The position numbers and the translations under genes were made by a program. Below, piece by piece: positions 13,940 through 26,858 of a stretch of 64,000 bases of DNA. The stretch is from Lingula anatina (Eukaryota; Animalia; Brachiopoda): NCBI GenBank assembly GCA_051362555.1, contig JBPQGU010000016.1, positions 6,262,001-6,326,000 of the forward strand, given 5' to 3'. How positions within the stretch are numbered: the first letter of the stretch is position 1; each line of letters begins with the position of its first letter. A model generated the notes under the pieces. That model was not told the DNA's origin and made no database searches. It saw nothing but the letters and a program-made list of their open reading frames with translations.

Positions 13940-15053
13940 CGCTATTTCTACATTGAACTTGAACTGTAAGTGAGCATAAAGCTTAAATTTTTCCTGTGAA
14001 AAATGTAATTTTATGTAATCTGTGTCGACGATATATTGTTTAAGGCTCTATTTGCCTTTCATATCGTAATTTTTCTACTGGTTATAACAAGATAACAAAG
14101 ATGAAGATGAATGTTCAATGACTCAATAATATACATAAAAATCACGAATTATTCGATTTAAGAAAGCGAGATCTGGAGCACAGAGAGAAAGCCGTCTCCA
14201 AGACATACCCCCACCCACTCCATAATACCGTGTTTTCAGAATCATAAACAGACTATACCTCATTTCGATAGTTCAGAACTAGAGGTCAAAATCTGGTATT
14301 TGAATTTAACTCCTTTCATGCAGAAAACCAGATTATTACCATTGGTTTGAATGAATAGTAATAAAAAGTACTGAGTGAAACTATTTCTGGCAATCAAGTT
14401 AACATTCGTACCTGCTACGTCAGTCTTTGAATCAAAATGGATGTAAATAGTTTAAACGTTTTTAATTATGGTCATTTAATTTGCATCAGTACTTGAAATA
14501 CACGTAAGGTAAAGCTTACACAAAAGGAGATCTAATGACAGAAGTCCAGTAACAGAAACACCCTTCCTCGTCTTAATACATATATGTACACATTAGTTGG
14601 GCCAAAGAGGGCAGTCCTGAGAAAGTTCCGTGCGTTTAATTTTTAAATTAAAATAGATCATGATGAAATAAGAAATCTTAAACAAAATTTAATTTTGAAG
14701 GAATTTAATTTTGTTTTAATTAACACTCATTTTATACATGTATGTACATTATGTAGAATACATATATATTTACTACTATCTCTGTGTCAGTTATTAAACT
14801 CATCACACAAATCTATGAGTTGCAGAAGATACAGGTATATCTAATTATGTCAATAACAATACCTTACGAGATTTTGGAGGTGTAGATTGCCACTTTAAAT
14901 GAAATTAAATTGGTGTCGGTAACTCATTCAAAATACAGAACATATAGACTAATACGAGTATCACAAAACTTGCACAGAAGTTTGAAAGCATCACGGAAGG
15001 ATTATTGGGGAGGGGGGGGGGCAGGGCCATCCGGGCACATTTACGTCTTAGAA

Positions 15054-15366
15054 GCACTCGAGCTTCAGTGGAATAATGCTCGCCTGCAACGCAGGCAGTC
15101 CGTGTTTGATTCCCAACAGATGCAAAATCTGTTAAACCGACAACTATTTGGAAAAAATGATGTGTATTAATCCTGTCTTAAGAAACGTATTCTTTGCACA
15201 AGGGAGTTTCCTGGGTAGAATACTTTATGGTACGGCAGCTATGGATATGTTTCTAAATGAATTCCTGGGTGGCAGGCATTGTCAGTGATGCGCTTTTGTA
15301 ACTGTTCTCTGATAACTACAAGAACCTTTTGTTATTTGTTCTAAAAACTGCTTGTAAAAAAAAAAA
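15054..15366 (+). mobile_element. tRNA-Gly(GCC)-derived SINE
   Basis: 15054-15124 aligns by eye to tRNA-Gly-GCC (gca...ttcagtgg...ctcgcctgc.acgc.gg...gattccc...atgca); body shared with 38573-38770; A-tail at ~15356. Confidence 0.6.
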
Positions 15367-15803
15367 GAACCAGAAACAGACCTCTTTCAGGTTGTTTTAC
15401 TTCGACCAAGTGTAGTATAGTTGTTCTCAAAAATTGCACATAGTTGGTGCCAAAATAAATCCTAGTTAGCATGTGGCCCATCCTAAATGCATGGCTCAAT
15501 TTTTGGGGCCCACCCCTAGCCTTTTAGTAGACAAAAAGAATGTAACCCACCCCTACTGATTCCGCCCCCCCTCCCCCCTCTCCCCCCGATATATAGCAAT
15601 TGCTTTTTATAAGCACCTCGATATTAGGAATCGTTAATTCATAAAAAGGTAAATGGATACTGAATACATATATAAATAATCTAACAGTGTGTAGAGGGTA
15701 CACGTTGTCTGCCCACTGGATAGGACATACATGTAGAACACATTAGAGTAGAGAGAGGGGGGAGTACTCTCAGGCCCTTCTGGCTGTTACTAAATTCATC
15801 CCA

Positions 15804-15949
15804 ATAGAAGTATATATATCAATGCACCTTGAAGGATCTACATTATAGTTGTTAAATACAATCAGAGCTTTCGGCCCCTGGGCCTTCTTCGGGGATTAAA
15901 AATATTTCTATTTTTGTCAAGCTCCATACAATGAATCAACATGAATCCT
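15804..15949 (-). mobile_element. 146-bp Penelope-like retroposed fragment with hammerhead-like core
   Basis: 13-bp direct repeat taaattcatccca at 15791-15803 and 15950-15962; minus strand aatc-cc-CCGAAGA-a-GGCC-cagg-GGCC-GAAA-gctct-gatt. Confidence 0.55.
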
Positions 15950-17899
15950 TAAATTCATCCCAGGAACGAGTCGAGCTTTGGTTCGTAACAAGAAAAAAAT
16001 TCCATTTGGTAGCTTCAATTAAATTTTTACTGATAAAAATATTATCGAATGATCTAATATCAAAATAAAGATTAAAAAATATCGCCACCTTTGGAATCTC
16101 TGGTTTGAGCATCACTTCCTGTCAGCTTTATTACTAAAGACAATCTAATTTGCATATAAGAGAAAAATGCAGTTTTTTTGTTTGTTTTGGGTCCATTACA
16201 ATTTTTTTCATAATTTTCAAATATAAATGTTCCTTTTTCACTGATACACTTATGAATATTCTATCAGTACGAGCAATTTATTAGTTAAACAATCACAAAT
16301 AACCATCATATCCCAAGTGTACATGACGTAATCTCTCCCAGGTCATAAAAGTGGTAAAATAGCAATGCCCAGCTGGTGAAGTAGGTCAATTGCCTGTATA
16401 ATACTGCCATACGATTATCGATTTTTTCTAGTGTGGAACATTTTAGGGGGAAGACGGTGAGAGAACGTTATCAAGTTACCAAAAAATATTTGACATAAAT
16501 TAAGTTACTGAAAGCAAAGTACATTACAATATTTTAGAAAGTTAAAAAACGGATCCCAATTCTTTAATTTCACAGTGCACATATTTTGCAGATATCGTGA
16601 GACATTTCTATTGCATCTGCCTCTCCCTAAAATGGCGCTGACCTCGTTAACTCTTCAACTCCCGGGAAATGCAGAGAATCCAGCACGTTGTGGCAGCATG
16701 AGAACCACTACGTACATATAGGAGCTGTGGTGAGTTAAGAGAGGGTTAATTCCTCAGCTCCAGGGCGTAATAGCACGAAAATTCATGCGTTAGCACTCCT
16801 ATTGACGATTCTGATATGTACTGTCTGTGCTACAGGGCGTAAATGAAGAAGAAAAGCTATGTGCTTCCACACTATTTCTACCCGGCAACCAGTTCTTGAG
16901 AACTATGAGTGGGTCACTTGTAGTGGACAGTGGTCAACAAGTCAGGACGACAGTATTAGGGACACTCAGGTAAACTGACCATTAGTGATGGGGGTCATCA
17001 TACAGAGATCACTGTCAGTGTCATATTTACATTTTCATAGATTTTTGTAGCAGTGCTAAGTTTGTATATGATATCTTAATCAGTAATTAATTCTGCATAT
17101 AAAAACCAGTGAGAGCATAGGGATGGGTTGTAACCTTTTTTTAACCACTAAATTTCCCACGTTTTGACATTTGATTCGTTCAAGTATATATTCATTTATT
17201 ATTATAATTATTATAATTATCATTATGATGATGATGATAATGATGATGATAGAATTTCATTTGTTGACTACAGCTCAGCATTCCTTATGGTTAACTGATA
17301 CAGAATGTTGCCAGTGTTAGGTGGACTGTTGTATTCACTTGATAACAACTTGAAATATTAAAAAGACACTCTTTGAACTGGGAGAGAAGAGGGATTGTAG
17401 AAATGCACCATGTGTGAATTGCAACGATTCGTAACATTTTACAATCTATAGTGGAGGACAGACAAATGGAGCAATGAATAATGATTATCTGCAAGTTTAT
17501 TACTTGACATGCAATGGACATATTTAGTGATTAAGATTAAGAACTAATTTTTGCCCAGTGACAGATTTTAAATCATAATTTATTACCTCCACGAATCAGG
17601 CTGTGTTTTTTTACTGAGTTTGTCTGTTCTTATCATTATCACTTTTAATTACTTGACAGCTACCCACCTACCCACTACCCCAAACACTACAAATATTCAT
17701 AAAGCATCTGTTTACCTGTTCCTCTGTGTACCCCACCTTTACCTGGAGGATAGGTGGTTACACTTTGATTAGATATTTAATAAAACTTTCTGTACTTGAA
17801 GTTGTATTCAATGCAAAAGGAATTTGTTATAAAATAATTTGTTTTATGATCAAGTTGTATTATCACACTAAAATGGATAAAATGTTTTAAACTTTACTT

Positions 17900-19298
17900 T
17901 TTATGTACAGACACAGATGTGTCTGTACATATAGCCATCATCTGCGTCTGTCATGGCCGTCGTCGCTGTCGTCGCCGTCGTCGCCGTCGCCGTGCACTTT
18001 TACCGATAACACGATAAGTGGAAAACCATTTTACCTTTTGACTTGAAACTTGCAGAACTGATGAATATTCATAATACGCAGGTCAAGTTCGAAAATCAGC
18101 ATGATCGGGTCACTTTTAGGGAATTTATGCTGTTTTTTCACTTTTTTCAGGATATATGCAGCACCGATAACACGATACGTGGAAAACCATTTTACCTTTT
18201 GACTTGAAACTTACAGAACTGATGAATATTCATAATACGCAGGTCAAGTTCGAAAATCAGCATGATCGGGTCACTTTTAGGGAATTTATGCTGTTTTTTC
18301 ACTTTTTTCAGCATATATGCAGCACCGATAACACGATAAGTGGAAAACCATTTTACCTTTTGACTTGAAACTTACAGAACTGATGAATATTCATAATACG
18401 CAGGTCAAGTTCGAAAATCAGCATGATTGGGTCACTTTTAGGTAATTTATGCCGTTTTTTCACTATTTTCAATATAAATGCAACACTGATAACACAATAT
18501 AAGAAAAACGGATTGGCCAATTGTAATTATACTCACAGGAGTGGTCAATCTTACTAAAACGCAGGTTGAGTTCGAAAATAAGCATAATCGGGCCATTACT
18601 TAAGAAGTTATACTGTTTTTTCACATTTCCTCAGATTCAATTATTAGGCATGTTAACAGTCTCATTATTTAACTAATAAGATGCCTAAAAGTGTTTGTTT
18701 GATATTTCCTGCATCTTTACAACATTGTTAGTTGATTATGTAAAAAACATGGTAAACTTGTTATCATGTATTGTGTAATAAAGTGTCAAAAATGGAAATA
18801 AACTCATATCATTGCAGTTTGTCAGATTCAATCATCCACTATGTTCAGAATGGAGGAAATTGGACATTTAACACTGTTCTATTGATACTTTTCCCATCTC
18901 ATCAATTTTCTTAGTTGGACATATAAAAATGGCAGTAAAATGTTTATTTTGTTTTATGTTAAAAAAGTGTTAAAAAATGGAAATAAACCCATTTCAGAAC
19001 AGTGCTGTCTTGTTTACATTTTGGCATTATCAAGGCGTGACTTTGAAGTTCCATGGGCCTGAAGACCTTTGCTAGTCACATTTTCTGAATATCTGTGATA
19101 CAAATATTTTATAATTAAAAATTGATGGTCATTATGCTGTTAAACCTTATGTAATATTGCATCAAAATTTGAAGAAACCCCCATTTTGGGCACTGCTTCC
19201 ATGATGACCATTTAAGGAAAATCATGCCACTTACTGTTTTCAAACTTACAGGATAGAAACATGGGACTAAAATACAGCTTCAGTAGGCAATGCAGTCT

Positions 19299-19345
<47 letters not shown>

Positions 19346-19778
19346 AGTTAAACAGTTTTTTGTGAAAATTTAATTTTTCACATATTGGCATTTTCAAGGT
19401 GTGACTTTAAAGTTCCATGATCTTGAAGACTTTTGCTTGTCACATTTTCTGAATGTCCATGTTACTAATATTTTATTAATAACATTTGATTGTCATTATG
19501 CTGTTAAATATTATGTAATGTTGCATCAAAATTTGAAGAAACCCCTATTTTGGGCACTGCTCCTATGATGACCATTTAAGGGAAATCATGTCACTTACTG
19601 TTCTCAAACTTACAGGAAAGAAACATGGGTCTAACATACAGCTTCAATAGGCAACGCAGTCTGTTTGGTAAATTTTTCTGGCAATTTAACAGTTTTTTGT
19701 GAAAATTTAATTTTTCACTTATTTGCATCTTTATTTTCTGTTCTTTGTCTGTACATTTGACAGCTTTGCTGCCTTGTT
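17900..19778 (+). mobile_element. Large Helentron-associated element (HINE family B), copy 1
   Basis: T-run then 5' hairpin atgtacagacaca-ga-tgtgtctgtacat, (gtcgcc)n microsatellite, ~161-bp tandem units, subterminal IR tgtctgtacat, 3' hairpin cagctttgctg, end cttgtt. Confidence 0.85.
18002..18630 (+). repeat. ~161-bp tandem array inside HINE (3 near-identical units plus 1 diverged)
   Basis: Units start accgataacacgata at 18002, 18163 and 18324; diverged unit at ~18484. Confidence 0.9.
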
Positions 19779-20061
19779 AAACTTTTTACTTTATATTTGT
19801 ATATAAATATATATTCCTTGGGGGGAATCGTATGGCGGAGAATTGTCCTGGGGGAAGTTGTCCTAGAATCCTAGAAACATAATGCAAAAACATATAAATA
19901 GAGTTTGATATCATTTGTAGAAACTGAAGAGGCCAAGAAACAAAAAACTGGATTTTGGTTGTGATCCATTTCATAATCATTAGTTAATAAATAAAATAAA
20001 TCTGTTTGTCAGCTCATACAAAAATGTACAAGGATTTTTAGGGAGTGTGTATGTGTGTGTC

Positions 20062-20095
<34 letters not shown>

Positions 20096-20305
20096 TAAAA
20101 GGGCAAAAGAGAAAGAAAGAGACAGACAGAATGGGAGAGAATGTGTGTGTGTGTGTGTGTGTTTTTTTTTCAATTATTCTTCATAAATACATGTACTGAT
20201 ATTCACTGGTATCACTGTTTTGGCAATTATAATGCCATTAAAGAACCATGCTTGTTTAATTGATTGGTATTTCTTTAGACTGAGTGTCAGTTCAATGTCT
20301 AGCTT

Positions 20306-20534
20306 GGGGCGCATTCCCGTAGATTTTAGATCGATCTATCCCTGTCGATGTATACACTTGGGAGTCTCACTAGATTACTGTCAGATAATCCAGCTTAAAT
20401 GTCCTTCCCGTCTACTACAAGCTGTAAGAGGGCAATTAACTTCCGTGCGCGGTCGGCTGACTGCAGTTTAGCGTGAACCCCCAGGGAGTTAGGTCGATCT
20501 AGTAAGATCGATCTAAATATCTGGAAATGCCCTC
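20306..20534. mobile_element. Family A MITE
   Basis: gcattcccgtagattttagatcgatctat ... agatcgatctaaatatctggaaatgc. Confidence 0.75.
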
Positions 20535-21149
20535 TTTGTGACATCAGCTGCGTTTTGTAGCCTTTTTCTAGAGTTTTTAACTACAGAGCAGTTTTACACA
20601 ATATGAACCTTCACCTAATTGTTTTATTAATTTTTTTATACCTCCAAAAAAATGGTCTTAATCTTGCCCTTGCTTGCTGGTATTTTATGGACTGCTGTAC
20701 TCTTATATCAGATGTGTTTTTTAAAGTCTGGCTGCACAATCCATCTCTCTGCAGAAAACTTCTATACAACCTATACAATGGGTCAAAGTTATAAGGGAAG
20801 AAAATCATTTTGGTCTCTTTACCACCATATAACACGAGATAGAACTTTGCTACACATTGGTTTTTCTCTTGTTGTGTTAAAGGAATGAGCATTTAAATAA
20901 CAATAATTGCTGTTTTATAATGGGAAGACATAGGAAATTGTGATTTCAACTGTTGCTGTTGTATTATACATAGGGACCATTCAGAATGAGAAGAACCGAG
21001 TGCTAGCTAGGCCCCGACCTAAATATGTTGGACCTACATGAAAGGAAGACCGCTTAATCCTGTAATGGTCTCTCCAACTCTCATACGCGTCAACCCTGCA
21101 GGGGCACAGAAATTAAATCTCGGTTCAATTCAACCAGCCGAGGGACACT

Positions 21150-21908
21150 GAGCATAGTAACATCAATAATTACAGTTGCATTATGGGAATACATTGAGCA
21201 TTGTAACATCAACAGTTGTGGTTGCATTATGAGAATACATTTAGCTCTGTCAATCGGCAATCCTCGGCTCATTCCGCAAGCTCCATACTAACCTCGGATG
21301 TGATAGGCGGAGAAATATGCACCAAATCCAAGCATTTTGTTTGCCAGAAATGCCTTCTCACTCAATCGTTTATTCCGCTCATAAAGATGGCTGTCAATAC
21401 CCCTGATTTTTATGATGCTTTTCGGTTTGCCAAACAATGCACTAGGATTGACTTTGATTGAAAGGATAAACAGATACAGACATTGAAATATTTGTACTAT
21501 GTACATGATACTTTAGCTGTTTTACCAACGGGCTATGGTAAAAGGTTGAAAGTAGTTCCTTCCCAACAGTCAATATGGATGCCTTCGTATCACGTCCGAG
21601 GTTATTGTCGAGTGCGGAGACATCCGAGTAGTTCCGAGTGTACCACTGTGACGTAAACAATTGCGGTTGCATTATGGGAATACATTGAGCATTGTGACAT
21701 CAACAATTGCAGTTGCATTATGGGAATACATTGAGTATTGTGACATCAACAATAGCAATAATTGCAGTTGCATTATGGGAATACATTGATTATTGTGACA
21801 TCAACAATAGCAATAATTGCAGTTGCATTATGGGAATACATTGAGCATTGTGACATCGACAATTGCAGTTGCATTATGGGAATACATTGAGCATTGTGAC
21901 ATCAACAA
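21150..21908. repeat. 46/55-bp minisatellite, left part (interrupted by the Academ-like insert)
   Basis: Unit caacaat(agcaataat)tgcagttgcattatgggaatacattgagcattgtgacat, ~7 copies. Confidence 0.9.
21242..21643 (+). mobile_element. AcademH-like DNA transposon deletion derivative with RecQ helicase fragment
   Basis: Starts TAG; ~50-bp imperfect IRs (taacctcggatgtgata / tatcacgtccgaggtta); 21387-21542 encodes ...DFD*KDKQIQTLKYLYYVHDTLAVLPTGYGK, i.e. RecQ Q-motif and motif I. Confidence 0.65.
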
Positions 21909-21997
21909 TATATTAATTTATTTCCGTATTAAAGGCATTTGCCCAGATTACAAATGTAAATGGTTCATATAACGTAACTATTGCGCATGCGGAGAGA

Positions 21998-24335
21998 TCA
22001 TGTACGTGTGCTATCCGTTGCAAAAAAAGATTCTCTTTTTCTAAAGACACAATAAACATAATTAATCAGGTTAATCATCAAATCTCTGTCATTGGAAGAC
22101 ATAAGCTGTCTAAACCTTTGGATATTTGGTTGACAGGTGTACCTGTTTGGTATATATTTTGTTCTTAAGTCCCTGTACATCTCACATGTTAACAGAAAGT
22201 GATATTCGTTTTCTATTTCATCCTTACATAGTGTGCATACCCTCTCGTTCGAGGGTATGTTGTCATGTCTACCTTTTTCAATCATAAGATTATGGTTTCC
22301 ACACCTGAGCCTGGCGAAAGCAGCTAAGTGCGCTTTCGGGAGATTCAACAATAAATAATTTTCTTTTTGAAATACAGATTTAAATGTACAATACAAATTT
22401 AATTTAGACGAGTTCTGTAACTGGTCGTTCCATTCCTGAATGTAGCAATCTTTCATTCTTGTCTTAAAAATTTCTAAAAAATATATCTCATTCTCAACAC
22501 CCTGATTGTACCATACAAACCCAAAACCATATCTAAAAAGTATTTCTTTAATTTTTGTCGCCCATGTAATGCGACCAGCCTGATCTAATACCAACATAAT
22601 CTTGTAGCACGCTCTTGGATATCTGCCTTCTTCCATTCTCAGTAATTTAAGCCAGAATTTGACACACCGACTGAAGTAAGTTATAAACAATGGGAACCTA
22701 CCACAGTCTCCCAAGACCGCTATTGTTGAAGTTGTTGATCCCATGCCAAGAATCCTTTTACAGAAAGCAAGTTGTACCTTTTCTATATTGTCATACACTT
22801 GGTATCCCCAAACTTCTGCACCGTAAAATAAAATTGGCGCAATCATTTTATCAAATATCATAAATGCAATATCAGACCTAACCCTCCCAGTGTTATATTC
22901 AAGTTTATCAATCATAATCATTGCCTTTCTTGCTTTCAGACTTAAACTAGTGGTGGCTTTTGTCCAAACGAGCCTTGGTGTTATAGTTAGACCCAGATAT
23001 TTGTAGTGGGTTACAACTTCAAGCGGTTGTCCACCAAAGTACCATTTTTCATATTTTTGTAATGGTCCAGAGTGTCTAAAGACCATGATTTTTGTTTTTT
23101 TCAAATTTATATTCAGTCTGAAATTTTCACAGAAATTCTGTAAAATATTTATCTTCTTTTGTAAGCCAAATGCAGTGTCATCACAAATAACCATGTCATC
23201 AGCATACAATAAAAGCGAAATGCTGACAATTTCATCAATAAAAATAGATTGTACATCACTCTCATTTACCCTCTCTACAAACTCATTTAGAAACATATTA
23301 AATAAAAATGGACTTATCATACAGCCCTGCCTGGTTCCAACAGTACATTCAAAATATTCTGTAAGTCCCGGGGAGATTAAAACACACGACCTCAATTTTG
23401 AATACATTGATTTTAAAACCCGTAAAACTCTCCCATGAATACCAATTTTTTGTAGTCTAAACCATAGCAGTCTGTGGTCCACACTGTCGAAAGCTTTGGA
23501 AAAGTCTACAAATATGGAGTAAAACCGCCCCCTGCCCTTGCTTAAATATTTCTGACCCAAGGCATTTAATGTATAAATATGATCAACAGTTGAGTAACCT
23601 GATCTGTAACCTGCCTGTTCTTCGCAGAGTTTTCCATTTTCTGCTGTCCATTTCATGAATCTATTATTCAAAACCTTGGTAAATAGTTTTCCAATCACAT
23701 TCAATAAAGAGATCCCTCTGTAGTTATTTACATCATTTACCGATCCCTGTTTGTGGAGAGCACAGAGAATGGCATTGCACCATGCTTGGGGATAATCACC
23801 ACTTTCAAGTATGCTGTTAAAGAGTTGTGTTAACACTGGGGCAATTTTACCTTGGGTGACCTTAAGCATCTCAGAGACTATCCCATCTTCCCCTGGTGCT
23901 TTTCCATTCGCCATGCTATTCAGGGCAGAGAGCACCTCATCACATGAAAATAGAGCATTCAAAACAGCCGGATTATCATCATTGCATAGATTACAATTTT
24001 GTTCATGACTTTTTAGTTGAGAGTCTACCTCTCTTCTAAATCCTTCATTGATCGTAATATCCTGATTTAGTAACTCTCTAAAATGCTTAACCCATGAATC
24101 AGAATCAATGTTACTCTTATTTCTAAAATTTGCATTAACATTTACCCTCCAATATTTCCAAAATGCTTGCGGGTTATTTCTAAAACTTAGCAGTTTGGTA
24201 TGTTGACATTCTCTGTGCCTTTCCTTACTTAATTTGCATTCTTTCCGAAAGTTCGATTTTGCCTGCTTATAGTTTTGCAAATGTTGCTCTGAGTTATAAA
24301 ACCTAAAATTATTCAACGCTTTATATTTTAACTTT
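21998..24335 (-). CDS. LINE ORF2 C-terminal part: reverse transcriptase plus CCHC zinc knuckle (uninterrupted but decapitated)
   Basis: KAPGEDG, NYRGISLL, QAGYRSG, FVDFSKAFDSV, GTRQGCMISP, LLYADD, YKYLG; C-terminal RCGNH...CTLC...EYHFLLTC. The first ~13 aa of the 792-aa ORF call come from the HINE end. Confidence 0.92.
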
Positions 24336-26556
24336 TTATGTACAGACACAGATGTGTCTGTACATATTGCCATCACCTGCGTCTGTCGTCGCCGTCGCCG
24401 TCGCCGATCATGTCGCCGTCGCCGTGCACTTTCAGCGTTAACACCATAAGTGGAAGACAGTTTTACTTTTTGGCTTTATATTTACAGAGCTGATGAATAT
24501 TCATAAAACACAGGTCAAGTTCGAAAATCAGCATGATCGGGCCATTATTGTAGAATTTATGCTGTTTTTTCACTTTTCAGCATATATACAACACTGTTAA
24601 CACATTTCAAGGAAAACTGATAGGCCTGTTGTCATAAAACTCACAGGAGTAATCAATCTTACTAAAACGCAGATCAAGTTCGAAAATCGGCATGATCGGG
24701 CCACTATTTTAGTAGTTATGCTGTTTTTTCACTTTTCAGCATATATGCAACACTGTTAACACATTTCAAGGAAAACCCATAGGCCTGTTGTCATGAAACT
24801 CACAGGAGTAATCAATCTTACTAAAATGCAGGTCAAGTTCGAAAATCAGCATAATCGGACCATTATTTTATAAGTTATGCTGTTTTTTCACATTTCCTCA
24901 GATTCAATTCTTAGGCATGTTAACAGTCTCATTATTTAATTAATAAGATACGTAAAAGTGTTTGTTTGACATTTCCTGTATCTTTACAACATTGTTAGTT
25001 GATAACGTAAAAATGATGGTAAACTTGTAATCGTGTATTGTGTAATAAGGTGTCAAAAATGGAAATAAACTCATATCATTGCAGTTTGTAAGATTCAATC
25101 ATTCACTATGTTCAGAAACTCAGAATGGAGGAAATTGGACATTTGACACTGTTCTATTGATATTTTTCACATCTCATCAATTTTCTTAGTTGATCATATA
25201 AAAATGGCAGTAAACTGTTAATTTTGTTTTATGTTAAAAAAGTGTTAAAAATGGAAATAAACCCATTTCAGAATAGTGCTGTCTTGTTTCACATTTCCTC
25301 AGATTCAATTTTTAGGCATGTTAACAGTTTCATTATTTAATTAATAAGATACGTAAAAGTGTTTGTTTGACATTTCCTGCATCTTTACAACATTGTTAGT
25401 TGATTACGTAAAAATGATGGTAAACTTGTTATCGTGTATTGTGTAATGAAGTTTCAAAAATGGAAATGAACTCATATCATTGCAGTTTGTAAGATTCAAT
25501 CATTCACTATGTTCAGAAACTCAGAATGGAGGAAATTGGACATTTGACACCGTTTTATTGATATTTTTCACATCTCATCAATTTTCTTAGTTGATCATAT
25601 AAAAATGGCAGTAAACTGTTAATTTTGTTTTATGTTAAAAAAGTGTTAAAAATGGAAAAAAAAACCATTTCAGAACAGTGCTGTCTTGTTTACATTTTGG
25701 CATTTTCAAGTTGTGACTTTACAGTTCCATGGGCCTGAAGAACTTTGCTAGTCACATTTTCTGAATATCCATAATACTAATATTTTATTATTAAAAATTG
25801 ATGGTCATTATGCTGTTAAACGTTATGTAATATTGCATCAAAATTTGGAAAAAAATATTTTGGGCACTGCTCCCATGATGACCATTTAAGAAAAATCATG
25901 TCACTTACTGTTCTCAAACTTACAGGAAAGAAACATGGGACTAAGATACAGCTTCGGTAGGCAATGCAGTCTGTTTGGTAATTCTTTCTGCTAGTTAAAC
26001 AGTTTTTTTTTGTGAAAATTTAATTTTTCACATATTGGCATTTTCAAGGTGTGACTTTGAAGTTCCATGGGCTTGAAGACCCATGCTAGTCACATTTTCT
26101 GAAAATCCATGATACGTATATTTTATTATTAAAAACTGACGGTCATTATGCTGTTAACCACTATGTAATATTGCATCAGAATAGAAGAAAACACAATTTT
26201 GGGTGCTGCTGCCATGATGACCATTATGGGAAAACCATGTTACTGATGATTGCCAAACGTTCAGAAAAGAAATACAGGACTAAAATGCAGCCTGAGTTGG
26301 AAAAGCAGTCTAATTGGCTTCTTTTTCTGGAAGTTATACATTTTCAAAGTGTGAACTTGAACTGCCATGGGCCTGAAGCCTTATGCTTGTTACACATTTT
26401 ACTTACATTGGTATTACCTGTTGAGCATAATTAAAATTTGATGTTGAATTTGCAGTTTAACATATGTACTTTTGCATCAGAATTGACAGTAGCCTATTTT
26501 GTGCATAGTTATTTCCTGCTTTTTGTCTGTACATTTGACAGCTTTGCTGCCTTGTT
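24336..26556 (+). mobile_element. HINE family B, copy 2, inserted in a T-run of the LINE ORF
   Basis: Same 5' hairpin, gtcgcc microsatellite and 3' end tgtctgtacatttgacagctttgctgccttgtt as copy 1; internal ~400-bp duplication (~24889-25690). Confidence 0.88.
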
Positions 26557-26853
26557 TAATACCTCCAAGTCCTTTGACCACCATGGCGGCTGTTGTCATA
26601 ACTCCACCTTGATGCCAGGCAACTTTATCATAGAACTAGCTGACTTGATGTACATACCTGTAATGGTTTCTATAACTGCAGTAACATTATTGTTCTGTAA
26701 ATCGTTCTCTATGTCCGACCAATTTTGAGCAAATTCACCATCAAACTTATCGACAAAATCATCTGTTTTCTTATTATCCCAGTATACTCGTTCATACGGT
26801 TCAACCTCCGAGTCTTTTTTTGTTTTGGAAGTTTGCAATAGACATTTGTACAT
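26557..26853 (-). pseudogene. LINE ORF2 upstream fragment (endonuclease-RT linker)
   Basis: ...IKLPGIKVEL*QQPPWWSKDLEVL continues as KKLKYKALNNFR after the HINE is removed; one TGA stop at 26596. Confidence 0.8.
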
Positions 26854-26858
26854 TTGTA

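Larger units (their letters stand above)
21909..26858 (-). mobile_element. 5'-truncated non-LTR retrotransposon (LINE, RTE-X-like, tentative), interrupted by a HINE
   Basis: ORF2 pieces at 26557-26853 and 21998-24335 join in frame; short 3' UTR with AATAAA near 21917-21922; flanked both sides by the same minisatellite. Confidence 0.85.

Noticed and set aside
18057-18100. CTGATGA...GAAA in the 161-bp HINE unit as a tandem hammerhead ribozyme
   Set aside because: The intervening sequence cannot close stem II (A opposite C) and no stem I/III pairing is evident
23085-24008. Plus-strand ORFs of 117 and 65 aa
   Set aside because: Antisense shadows of the RT ORF
24336-24376. Start codon of the 792-aa ORF
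   Set aside because: MMAICTDTSVSVH is read from the inserted HINE terminus, not the LINE
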